Below, piece by piece: positions 1 to 11,147 of a stretch of DNA of 36,142 nucleotides (its first letter is position 1; every line of letters begins with the position of its first letter). A program made the translations under genes and the position numbers. The DNA is from Octopus bimaculoides (taxonomy: Eukaryota): contig NC_068987.1 in NCBI RefSeq assembly GCF_001194135.2, positions 70,804,940 to 70,841,081 of the forward strand, in the 5' to 3' direction. Under the pieces are notes generated by a model. The model searched no databases. It saw nothing but the letters and a program-made list of their open reading frames with translations, and was not told the DNA's origin.

Positions 1-32
<32 letters not shown>

Positions 33-379
33 ATTAGCTATTTAAAACTAGTGTTATAGATGCTTTGTTCAAAACCTCTGTTCTTCTTTATCACATATTC
101 ACCTGTGTCGGTCGAACTTTGTAAAAGAGTAGAGAAAGAAATCTAGTTGTTTCTCGCAGTAAATACATCGAAAGCAAAATGTTTTTCATTGACACTTAAT
201 TGGGGATTGCTGCGAATCCCCAATTTACTATTTTACGTGCATGGACTTCAAATGTCTTTCATGAATCCCTACGGGTCATATGAATTCAGGTTTGCAGCCA
301 TCACTATGGTGCATGCTCTTTTGCGACCAAACAACACACCAAATAAATATGAATAATCGTTTTGCTGAAGGAATTCGAA

Positions 380-700
380 CCCGTTTTGTGATCTACACGT
401 CAATAGTTTGCAAATTTGAAAAGATCCCAGGAATTGCTATGAAAGAACGGTTTTCTTTCATTCAGCGCCTAAACTGCAAAAACATGTAACAAGATTAGTT
501 TTCATTTGTCTTCACATCCTTGATACACATAATGCATCGTAACCAAAAGTGTCTGTTACACTTGATGAATATATGATCGTAACCCAGCAACCATAAGAAT
601 GTCAGACTTTACTTAATTGGTCTGGAGGTAAATATGGTATCATGAAAACAGACGAAGAAGGAATAAAAGAAGACTTCCATTTCCTCTTGAAATATGGAAT
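380..700 (+). mobile_element. Highly decayed piggyBac-like transposase fragment
   Basis: IPGIAMKERFSFIQRL (cf. MSRxRFxxIxRxL), then after a frameshift VTLDEYMI (555-578) and KYGI (630-641) in one frame. The D-to-K spacing of 22 codons matches the TxDEQL...KYG[IL]K pattern of piggyBac transposases. Confidence 0.45.
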
Positions 701-1184
701 GTTTACTAACGAAACTTAAACAAGGAAGACATACACATAACCATCCAGAAGCGGTCAGTCATTGATTGTATAATATGATCTTGGTATGCAATTACCGGCG
801 ATACGGAAAATCCAGGTAAGGTGAGGTGTAATGCGATCGTTTGTGAGTTGGATTTGAACCACACCAAAAATCTTAAAAAGTGTTGAGATGCAGAGAAAAT
901 CGTGTATAAAACTCTTAATAATTTTGCAAACATTGGTCCTATCGAAGCTTGAGGAGTATTGATCATTATTCTCTGTGAAATATTGCCCATAAATGCGAAA
1001 TTGAGAATTGAAGAAATTTAATTTTGCGAAATAATAGCCAAGCAATATATTTTGTTATGAATAATGATAGTTTCATCTGTCATGTAGAGGGAGATAACTC
1101 TGTAACTGCGTTATAACAACTCTGGTTATACCTTCGCTGGCCTACTTTTCTCTCTCTCTTCCCCTCTCTCCCTCTCCATCAATT

Positions 1185-1219
1185 TATCTGTCTACCTATC
1201 TACCTACCTACCTACCCAA

Positions 1220-1257
<38 letters not shown>

Positions 1258-1303
1258 GTCTATCTATCTATCTATCTATCAATCTATCTATCTATCTATC
1301 TAT
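1185..1303. repeat. (ATCT)n/(ACCT)n tetranucleotide microsatellite
   Basis: Directly visible. Confidence 0.95.
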
Positions 1304-2175
1304 ACACGCATGAACACATATATATATTCATACATACATAACTATACATATATACACATATGTATATATATANNNNNNNNNNNNNNNNNNNNNNNNNNNN
1401 NNNNNNNNNNNNNNNNNNNNNNNNNNNNNNNNNNNNNNNNNNNNNNNNNNNNNNNNNNNNNNNNNNNNNNNNNNNNNNNNNNNNNNNNNNNNNNNNNNNN
1501 NNNNNNNNNNNNNNNNNNNNNNNNNNNNNNNNNNNNNNNNNNNNNNNNNNNNNNNNNNNNNNNNNNNNNNNNNNNNNNNNNNNNNNNNNNNNNNNNNNNN
1601 NNNNNNNNNNNNNNNNNNNNNNNNNNNNNNNNNNNNNNNNNNNNNNNNNNNNNNNNNNNNNNNNNNNNNNNNNNNNNNNNNNNNNNNNNNNNNNNNNNNN
1701 NNNNNNNNNNNNNNNNNNNNNNNNNNNNNNNNNNNNNNNNNNNNNNNNNNNNNNNNNNNNNNNNNNNNNNNNNNNNNNNNNNNNNNNNNNNNNNNNNNNN
1801 NNNNNNNNNNNNNNNNNNNNNNNNNNNNNNNNNNNNNNNNNNNNNNNNNNNNNNNNNNNNNNNNNNNNNNNNNNNNNNNNNNNNNNNNNNNNNNNNNNNN
1901 NNNNNNNNNNNNNNNNNNNNNNNNNNNNNNNNNNNNNNNNNNNNNNNNNNNNNNNNNNNNNNNNNNNNNNNNNNNNNNNNNNNNNNNNNNNNNNNNNNNN
2001 NNNNNNNNNNNNNNNNNNNNNNNNNNNNNNNNNNNNNNNTATATATAACGTGAGAGAGTTAGGGGTTGGGGGTTCAACCCAGTAAGCGAGAGCGGGTAAA
2101 AGTGGAGGTTTTACCCAAAATTTGTGTAACAGTTAGAAAACGGAGGATAGTATGCTGAACCCAACTACTTGCACA

Positions 2176-2464
2176 CGGGTACCGGATCGGTTACTTATGT
2201 AGTGTGGTTCTCCTTCTCAGTGTCATATTTGTCTGTCCTCTACAGTTACGTCCACAAGCTGAGCAAGTTATCACACACAATTAGATTCTCGGAAGCACAA
2301 GTGAAGTTGGTTTTAAATGTGAAATTCTCTCCTTGTTTGAATGGGAATTCCGAGCCTTCCAGTAGGCAGGAGCATGTTCCACAGTTTGGACGTCCACATT
2401 TTTAACCGTTGAGTTCATGGTTGTTATGTAAAGCTTCGCATTTTTAGAAGTATTTTCAGCGATT
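2176..2464 (-). mobile_element. Inverted fragment of the PLE linker/endonuclease region
   Basis: The reverse complement aligns to ~5930-6220, e.g. the shared tttaaaaccaacttcacttgtgcttcc and ataacttgctcagcttgtgga. Confidence 0.9.
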
Positions 2465-2468
2465 TACG

Positions 2469-2990
2469 TTGCTCAGGTTGTGGACATAACTATATAGGAC
2501 AGACAAGTATGACACCGAAACGGAGAACCACACTACGTAAGGAATAGATCCGGTTCCCGCAATACAGAACTATTCCTTTGAGTGAACACATAGAGCAGTG
2601 TGCAGGTAATATCCAATCCAACCAAACTTCAGTTTATATGTGTATCTTCAATTATCACTTCCCCGAAAGGTGATGAATTACTTCCCCGTCCCCAATAATA
2701 ATGATCACCAATTACCTCCCCTTAGCGATTTCTGTGTGTTGAATTATTCATTCACAAACTTCTTCACACACAACATGGACAAATCTTCTTCAGAAAATAC
2801 GAAATTACAATAATTTCAATGTCATGATTAGCGAAGGCGTAACCAGTAGACAAACACAATATAAAATATATTAAAAAATACATTAAAGCTATGTAAAATG
2901 TATGCTTTTTCCTTCTTTCATTTAATATATATATATATTTTGTATTATCACTCACCATGGCTGGATAATCGAAATGCTTCCCATTTGTTA
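2469..2990 (+). repeat. 5' pseudo-LTR: direct copy of the PLE 3' end with an internal deletion
   Basis: Aligns to ~6130-6875 but lacks ~6295-6490. Shared blocks: aactatataggacagacaa, gatccggttcccgca, aattacctcc, aatttcaatgtcatgattagcgaag, and ctcacca..gataatcgaaat after the (TA)n tract. Confidence 0.88.
2820..2852 (+). ncRNA. Degenerate minimal hammerhead-like motif in 5' pseudo-LTR
   Basis: tgtc-ATGATTA-gc gaag gc-GTAA-ccagt-a-gaca. Stem I (tgtc/gaca) and stem II (gc/gc) are intact; GAAA is mutated. Confidence 0.4.
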
Positions 2991-5900
2991 CTAAAATTTA
3001 CCACACGTTGAACGGAAAATGCCACCGAAACCTACCAAAACACATGGGATAAAATTACCAACCAGAAAATAATTCAAATGTAGTTATTCTAACTAACAAA
3101 ATCGTTGGACTAAGTTACCTACCCAAGAAGCATCTGAAAATGAACAGGGAAGACAATCTACAGAGAAAGTTAGTCAAAATCTGAATGAATTATGCACAAT
3201 ATTGCACTCTATTTCCGCAATTTTGTAGAAGAAGCATCACCAAAATACCAAAACTATAATGAAAATATACCAATGTCAGCAAATTTAATTAAAATACGCA
3301 TTAGCCATATTTGGTCCAACAACCTTAACGCTAGTAAATTTTCCTTTTGGAACATAAGAAACAATAATAAGGTAGAAATATATGAAAAATGCATTCACTC
3401 AGCACCATTAGTTTTACCACGCAAACTACAAATCAAACCAATCTGAGAAGAGACCGAACAACAAAGACAGTTTAGGGAGAAATTAGCACTGGAGAAAATG
3501 AAAACATAGATTGAGTTACGGAAACTTAAAACATCGAATGACAAACACAAATACAAAACGATTGATGAAGAAATGCACACCGAACATACTTAACATGCTG
3601 AGGAACAAGTAATGGAAAGTGTTATTAAACTATTGAAAGACAGATATTAGTCGAAAGAAATAAATTCCCTTCAAAGGTGGGAAAACTATGTTAATTTCTT
3701 CATAAGTTACAAAACTCAGTTTAAAAGATAACCCCTTCCTGAAAGAACCTGGAATAAATACATCTACAGAAATAATTAAACGTCCAACTAGATCAAGCTA
3801 TAACCATCTAAAAGAAAACAAACACACAAAATGCTCTTCTCACTTGGAAGTAAACAGTTTTCAATCTAGTAATAGGGACAACGCACTAATAAGAAATACC
3901 AGAAGAAACCAACCTAGGGTTAAGATTTATTATTTCTCTCCAGCAACTAGAAACATCCAAGGGACTTCTTTTACCCTTCATCGGAGAAACTTATCGAACG
4001 GAATTCCAACCTATTTACTCAGACAGCAAAGTAATACCTCAGCATCTCAAACATGATTAAGAACCCCAACAATTTATTCCAAAGAAGATACCTGAACCAC
4101 GTACTTCCAAACAATTTACCCAGACAGAAATACCAGCCTCCCAGAAATCCTAATATAATTAATAACACTGATAATTTCTACTTACCAAATTACTGTAAAC
4201 ATTTTTACACGTGTTGAGAGAAACAGGGACATACGTTGGAACAAAACATACAGGAGAAACCCAAAGTAATAAATTTATCAAGGAAAACTCTCTGCAACAA
4301 AATTCCGTATACTAGCTAAAGGATTAAAATTTACCCCAATGCTACGAAGATCTAATCAGAATGAAATCAAAGACAATATTTTAGAATTCTGAAGAAAACT
4401 ACGACTCACAGAAGCACTAACTGACTACAACAACGACGATGAATTATTGGTTAAAAACACAAGTAATTATCTTCCACCTAAAGGTAGGAATAGAACACTA
4501 GATGACTTCTGCGACCATATCCCGAATTTCCCAAATGCATTCCATAAGCGAGAAATTAATTCAAACCTCAACAATCTAGAATAGAAAAATCTAATTGAGC
4601 TACAGAACGACAAAGAACTGATAATTAAAGAAGCAGACAAAGGAAGTGCTGTAGTCCTGATGGACACAGAATAGTACAAAAAACATTCTACAAAATGTTG
4701 CAAACTATAAACAAGAAAAAGAAACAATGAAAAATTTTGCATCCTTAATTCTTCTACATGGAAAAGGCCTGACAGAAAAAGAAATAGATTATAGCATGAA
4801 CTTTAAATGTAAACCTAATCTATTTTACGGCCTACCTAAGATACAAAAGAACAAGATAGTTAATGATGCCTGCAAACAATCACCAGACAAATACATAAAT
4901 AACCAAGCGCCAGAAGACTTAAAGTTATTATAGCTGACCCAGCCTGTGAAACCCAGCGCCTAAGCAATTTTCTAGACATCTTACTGAAACCCTTGCTGAG
5001 ACACATCAAAAGTTTAATGAGAGACGATCTAGACATGCTTGAACACCTACCAAACACAACTATGGAAGAGACATTAGTGGTCTCCTTCTATGTTATTAGT
5101 CTTTACACCAACATCCTACATGACTATGGAATAGAAGCAATAAAATTCTGGTTGAAAAAGTATCCCGAATTACTTCCGGAACATATAAACCAGGCTTTTA
5201 TTATTGAAACTTTAAAATTCATACTTCAGACCAATTATTTCCTATTTGATGAAGCCTTCTGTCGTCACAAATGCAGAATTATGATGGGAACGGAAGCAAC
5301 CCTTGTTCTTGCGAACCTAATAATGTGATATTTTAATTTCACCTTTATAGAAGAAAGATCTCGAAAAGATATCTTGATGACAGCTTTATCATTGGGACCA
5401 TTGGTAAACTTTCGGAATTTAAATCAGTACTAAATAATAAAAACTCTAATATTCAATTTATAATGGAATATAGTAAAGAACAGCTCCCTTTCTTGGAAAT
5501 TATGATAAAAAAAGTCAACAACCACATTATAACTGACCTTTATCATAAACTAACGGACTCGAAGCAATATCTCCTGTTTGGTTCAAGCCACCCGAAACAA
5601 ATCAAAAGAAATATCCCCTTTAATTTAGCCAAAAGAATTTGCAATTCCTCTTCAAGAACTCAGAACAGCACCAACTGAAAGACAATATCCACTCTCACAT
5701 ATAGACGAATGAATTAAGAGTGCTGAGAAATTAGATATTAAAACATCAAGGGAAACAAAGTGTAACGTCAAACCTCTTCTCAAAACATTAATGCATATAT
5801 CAAGTCCCAACCCTTGAAACAATGAGGCATAGAACACTGTTGTACAAAAACTGCCTATGCTTAATAGAGATCCAAAAATGAAAAACATTCTCAAAAAACA

Positions 5901-6396
5901 TAAATACATCAAATGAAAGAAGCAACACAAATCGCTGAGATGTCTTCCATCAAATGCGAAGCTTTATACAACAGCTACAAAACCAATGGTTAAGAAATGT
6001 GGACGCCCAAAATGTGGTACATACCCCAACCTATTGGAAGGCTCAGGATTCCTATTCTAACCAGGAGAGAGGCCCACATTTAAAACCAACTTCACTTGTG
6101 CTTCCTTGAATCTGATTTATTATATAACTTGCTCAGCTTGTGGAAGTAACTATATAGGACAGACAAATAATGCGTTGAGACGGAGAACTACACTACATAA
6201 GGAACAGATCCGGTTCCCGCATTACAGACAGATTCCTTTGAGTGAACACATACAGAGACGTGCAGGCAATATCCAACCTAACTTCACAGTTTTCCCCATC
6301 TACCAGTGCAAAGGAACAATTTCTAGACACGAACATTTAAATAAAGAAAATTTGTCCATCGGAAAATACAGAACACGTCTAAGGAGGAACACATAA
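2957..6396 (+). pseudogene. PLE ORF relic (N-terminal region + reverse transcriptase + GIY-YIG endonuclease), many stops and frameshifts
   Basis: Motifs across frames: LAKGLKFTP (~4312-4338), LIIKEADKGSAVVLMD (~4618-4665), FYGLPKI, VISLYTNI (~5092-5115), MGT..ANL, RYLDD (YLDD at 5370-5381), LPFLE, LYHKLTDSKQYL..SSHP. A possible ATG in caccATGg context lies at 2957; the terminal TAA is at 6394-6396. Confidence 0.9.
5995..6396 (+). pseudogene. GIY-YIG endonuclease domain with upstream Cys cluster (Neptune-like PLE)
   Basis: One frame with a single stop: KCGRPKCGTY...FTCASLNLIYYITCSACGSNYIGQTNNALRRRTTLHK...LSEH. The inverted copy preserves CGRPNCGTC. The Cys-rich linker before GIY-YIG suggests the Neptune rather than Penelope/Poseidon group (inference). 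Confidence 0.85.
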
Positions 6397-6665
6397 CCAA
6401 CTTTGATCTAAGTATATAATTTAATCCATGACCACATGCCCATCATCGTACATATTTCATCTCACTACTTTAGCTTTTGAATTTTTTTGTATACTTATTA
6501 TCCCCTCCCCGAAAGATGAGCAATTACCTCCCCTGTCGCCAATAATAACGATCCCCAATTACCTCCTCTTAGATTTTTATAGTTGTTGAATCATTCATTC
6601 AAAAACTTTTCCACTCACAACGTGGAATAAAATCTTCAGAAAATACAAAATTCCACTAATTTCAA

Positions 6666-6698
6666 TGTCATGATTAGCGAAGACGAAACCGATCAACA
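6666..6698 (+). ncRNA. Degenerate minimal type I hammerhead-like motif in 3' pseudo-LTR
   Basis: tgtc-ATGATTA-gc gaag ac-GAAA-ccgat-c-aaca. The layout is that of a minimal hammerhead, with mismatches in the core (ATGATTA vs CTGANGA). Confidence 0.45.
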
Positions 6699-6767
6699 AA
6701 CACAATATAATGTATATTTTAAAATATATCAAAACTATATAAATTGTGTGCATTTTCCTTCTTTTAT

Positions 6768-6826
<59 letters not shown>

Positions 6827-7303
6827 TGCTTAACAACTCACCAAGTGGGGATAATCGAAATTCCTCCCTTTCTGTTACTATATACATGTATATATCACAT
6901 ATATTAAGTAAATGCATAAAGACCAAATCGGCCATGACATGTATGCATATCCGTGTGCAAGTGAATGTATAGAAACATACAGAAATGCATAACTATTTTG
7001 CTGATGTTAACTAAATACCAAAGAAACTACTTTGAGTTTAGAGCAGAAACCAACTCTTTCTGTTAAAGAGAATTTTGAAACAATTAACACATTAACAACA
7101 AAAGTACATACATGGATTCGGATATATTGGCATATCAGTCTTATTATTGAAAAAAATATACTTCCTGAGAGTTATGAAGGAAACATATCATGCATGCATA
7201 AATATATGGATTATCGTTTCCTCGACTCTGATTTATTTGTCATATGGTCGCACTAGGCTAAATAATAAATTGATATGGGAATATGATACACATTTGTTTC
7301 CAG

Positions 7304-7388
7304 CACTGATAGTACGAAAGCCCTTGTAATCTACAAGCATTTACAAGCAGGAACTTCAAATTGCGCCGGCTGCCAGACTAGTTTACAG
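7304..7388 (+). CDS. Candidate internal exon (phase 2 to 0): TDSTKALVIYKHLQAGTSNCAGCQTSLQ
   Basis: Acceptor catttgtttccag, donor CAG|gtatcc; only one frame is open. Confidence 0.4.
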
Positions 7389-8211
7389 GTATCCTGCACA
7401 GCTTTGTACCTTACACGCACCACCACCTAACACACACTAATACCTTGCAAAAGTAAAGCATTAAAAATTCTACCCACATACGTATGCACAGGTACCTGTA
7501 TGTCATCTAATTATCTATGTAAATTTAAAATTTGTCATAATTTGAATATGTTGACCAAGGGGATCACTCATGGTTCGGAAAAATTAGTAATCCGGAAAAG
7601 CTTTGGGAGCAAAAGGCCCGTAAATTAATGCTACACCTGTACTAGTTTATTGACTAAGTAGGAAAATATATGCTACTCTGTAGACAAATACATGCTACGG
7701 GAGAGCTCTTATGTTGGCAGATTTACACTCTCGTAATGTCAAGGATAATATCAATGTTAAACATTTAAATCTTTTTCACTTTCGAAACTTGAAAATACCA
7801 CGAGAAAGAATCTGACAAGCATCTACGTCAAATGTGCAGTACGTAGTGTATTATTGGTAGAATCATAATATACGCCAGATTACAACTTAATAACAGCAAA
7901 ATAAATTACACTTGTGATTATGATTTGAATTTCTCCAAATATTCTACTGCTATGAAATAGGTACTTATCACCGATGATTTAATTAGTACATCCTTGCAGT
8001 TTGACCAGAGTGTGTTCATTTAGCTTCTATTAGAGCGAACAAAGAAAAAAACACGATGGAGCGAATTTTAGAGGTGCCTGCGACTCGTTCTTTCACAATT
8101 GTTGAGTGATGAATTTTTTCTTATCTGGTAGTGCCTGTAGTGGTGTTGATGCTGGTTTTTGTGAGAAAGAATGTGAGAAAGAATATTTATTATTTATAAT
8201 ACATTTTTTAG

Positions 8212-8280
8212 GCAACCAAGGAGGAATACTCAGCTTGGAATTGAAAAAACGCTAACCGTGTGATTAGGAATTTTGTTAAG
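8212..8280 (+). other. Candidate 69-nt exon (phase 0 to 0) with an in-frame TGA: ATKEEYSAWN*KNANRVIRNFVK
   Basis: Acceptor acattttttag, donor AAG|gtaaat. Phase-compatible with 7304-7388. All three frames contain a stop. Confidence 0.3.
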
Positions 8281-8399
8281 GTAAATGAAGGCTCTGGATT
8301 TCATTGTCATTTCACTGCTTTCCTTCAGTTTGTGCTAGGGTTTCTTTGAGTAGGATACAAGCAGTTGTCTCCTGAAAATATTTATCTTTCATCTTTTTC

Positions 8400-8586
8400 T
8401 CGTTTCAGTCATTTTTCACTGCGGCCATGGTGGAGTACCACGTAACAATCGACCATCCAGGACTTATTCTATTAAAGCGTGTTACGTATTCTATCGGTGT
8501 TTTTGCTAAATCGTTAATATAACGGGGATCTAAATACACCAACACTGGTTGATGAGCGGTGGTCGGTGACAAACACAGACACAAAG

Positions 8587-8623
<37 letters not shown>
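8400..8623 (-). mobile_element. SINE tail half, same family
   Basis: The reverse complement matches the tail of the 30495-30895 copy; it runs into (CA)n and a gap. Confidence 0.7.
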
Positions 8624-8706
8624 NNNNNNNNNNNNNNNNNNNNNNNNNNNNNNNNNNNNNNNNNNNNNNNNNNNNNNNNNNNNNNNNNNNNNNNNNNNNN
8701 NNNNNN

Positions 8707-8739
<33 letters not shown>

Positions 8740-8986
8740 GGTATATCCATACATAGGTATATCCATACATACGCACACATACAAACACGCACACATACAT
8801 ATATGCATATTATATAGTTATGATACATTCTGTTAAGAACGTAGTAGAGTACAGTATAAAGCTCGTCCACCTTCAGATTTCCCCCTGTGTTATCTGGTAG
8901 TAGTATTATACTTCTAGGTCTGCGTTTGGGCCTATGTCTTGTGTGAATAGATAACTGAAAAAAATTGGAATCAACAAGTAGGAGTA

Positions 8987-9409
8987 CTGTTCGACATTTA
9001 TTTTTCAATCACTACAATTATTTCTACGCAGCGTAGTTCTCTGAGCAACGTAGTTCTGCAGGTATTACATTATGTAACCGTTTCCCTGCATTATGAAATG
9101 AAGTTGTGTTTCCTCAGGCGATATGTAAATATTCCCACTACATCTACACATTCAAAGCAGTTTTCCAACGATCCTTCAGCAATAACAGACCTTGATAAAC
9201 TCAGTGACTACTACTGAATTCAGGTCATGACACAGAGAGATGATGATCTTGAAGCCGAGAATTTGAACTTACAGAAATAATATTTACATGTCACCAAATG
9301 AAACACAACTAGATCTGATAATGCAGGGAAACGGTTGCATAATCAAGTACCTGCACGCCTGAAGTTGCGTAGAAATAATTGTAGTGATTGAAAAATAAAT
9401 GCCCAACCT
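8987..9409. mobile_element. MITE-like element with ~110-120 bp imperfect terminal inverted repeats
   Basis: catttatttttcaatcactacaattattttctacgca...tgcaggta...aaccgtttccctgcattat (8995-9113) is mirrored at 9300-9403. TA dinucleotides lie at 8985-8986 and 9410-9411 (possible target-site duplication). Confidence 0.7.
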
Positions 9410-9469
9410 TACGCTTTGATAATTCCAAATTTTATAATAATAATACCACACACATATATATATATATAT

Positions 9470-9615
9470 ATTCGACGGTCTTTCAGTTTCCGTCTTCCAA
9501 ATCCACTCAAAAGACTTCGGTCGAGTTTATGCTGCAGTAGAAGACGTTTCCCAAAGTGCCACGCTGTGAGACTGAACCCGGGACATGTGGTTAGGAAGCT
9601 TCTTTATACACAGAC
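9470..9615 (-). mobile_element. SINE head
   Basis: tttcagtttccgtcttccaaatccactca...ctgaacccgggacatgtggtt is the reverse complement of the head consensus. Confidence 0.75.
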
Positions 9616-9625
9616 ATGCTTGCGC

Positions 9626-9667
<42 letters not shown>

Positions 9668-9744
9668 ATATGAATGTGTGCGTATGTGTGTGTATGTGTG
9701 TGTGTATGTGTGCGCGTGTGTGTGCGCGTGTGCGTGCGCGTGTG

Positions 9745-9900
9745 CGTGTATTTGTCTCTCGACCGTTTGACAATTACTGTACGGCAAAAGACTCAGAATA
9801 ATTATCAGACTTTAGCAAAGATAATTGTCGATTTGTTCGCTTAAAATATTTCTAGGCCGTACCTCTGAAGTCTAATGACTGATAGAAATAAAAGTTTAAA
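9745..9900 (+). mobile_element. Degraded SINE tail
   Basis: cggcaaaagact..agaataa..gtcgatttgttcg..aatgactga follows a (TG)n tract. Confidence 0.6.
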
Positions 9901-11083
9901 GATAATAGATAATAAGAGATAACAAGAGATGTTTTAACACAGATAAATTTATATAATAAGTGTGCTGAGTGGTGATGTAAGTTGTATGTTGAGGAGGAAT
10001 TATCAATCTCAATAGTTATGTCATTTTACGCTATAGTTCCAATAAAATGATTCGGGTAATTCATGTTGAAATCATTAACTTTAGTCAAATAAAACTCAAC
10101 GGAAAGTACATCAAATCTACATCATGTATATCAAAAGTGTAACAACATATTATAAGATTTTGGAGAAACAGATTAGAAGCAAAGCATTTCATCGTTACAA
10201 TACGTCCAATAACGTTACTGCTCTCTCTGTGATTTACGACGTATACCATTTATTCTTATTACTAGGAAGAGCAGTCAAATTCTCCTTGCATAAACACTCT
10301 ATTCTCTTAACAAAAAGAAAAAATACAATTGAAAATGTGATCTTAGAAGTAGTGGGACAACGAAGTCTCGAAAGTCTGTTATCAAAAGACTTACTTCTTC
10401 GGGATCTAACCTTCAACAACAAAGAAATCTATTTAAATATCAACATTTTAACAGAAAATTATACAAATTTTACATGTCTTGCTCTATTCAATCTTGGATT
10501 GAATCTTATGTTTAGAAAACTATTTATAGCATTATAATTGATAATAATTGTGAGGTGTATTACAGAGCATTGGACGAAATAAGATTTCAGTAAATATTTT
10601 TGTTCTTAGTTATCGAGTTAGTTACAAAATTGTATCTCTGGCTTTCGAATGTTTGTAATCTTTTCTGAAAGCGAATTCGAAACAAACTGCTAGCAAGTCG
10701 TTATATTTGATATTACAAAGCGGCATGCTAAATAAGTATGTTACCATTATATGTGCCGAATTTCTCATCTCAGAACTACGTTATTATCGATTTTCATTCA
10801 TCCAAAATTGATTAATTAATTAGCAGCATTAATTTAAAATACAAAATAAAACGAACATAATTTTCCCTTGCAAAAAATGAAGCTAATACCTAAGTAAGAA
10901 ACTAATAGACGATCAAAGAAGAAATCTCTCCTCGATTGATTGGGCTTCTGGAAATAACACAGTATCTGCATTGGAAACAAAGAAGAGATTCAATATTCTG
11001 GCATAGATATGAAGTGTCCAGATAAAACAAAATTGATACAGGGCATCTCCTACTTGAATAATTTTTATTGCAAGTTTACTTAG

Positions 11084-11147
11084 TCAAATCCAACCGGAAG
11101 TTAGATCGCCACCAGCTGCAACAGCAGGAACAAAAGCAACAAGCAAA
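11084..11147 (+). CDS. Candidate exon (phase 1 to 2): KSNRKLDRHQLQQQEQKQQA
   Basis: Acceptor tttacttag, donor AAA|gtaagg. Splices in frame to 11621-11653. Confidence 0.4.

Larger units (their letters stand above)
2176..6875 (+). mobile_element. Penelope-like retroelement (PLE), decayed, composite: inverted 5' fragment + pseudo-LTR + full-length body
   Basis: RT motifs and a C-terminal GIY-YIG endonuclease on + strand. The 3' region is repeated directly at 2469-2990 and in inverted orientation at 2176-2464, the partial-tandem layout typical of PLEs. Confidence 0.92.

Noticed and set aside
774-814. Strong donor CAG|gtaagg with a short ATG-initiated frame
   Set aside because: No supporting acceptor or promoter evidence, and it lies next to a transposon relic.
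8329-8350. Strong acceptor after 8281
   Set aside because: The implied intron is only 48 bp and the frame stops after 6 codons.
10124-10537. 137-aa plus-strand ORF
   Set aside because: No recognisable motif or convincing splice sites; it could be chance or an unrecognisable relic.
10890-10965. Minus-strand exon candidate ILCYFQKPNQSRRDFFFDRLLVSYL
   Set aside because: Weak donor (gtatta), no phase-matched neighbour, and it lies among plus-strand candidates.
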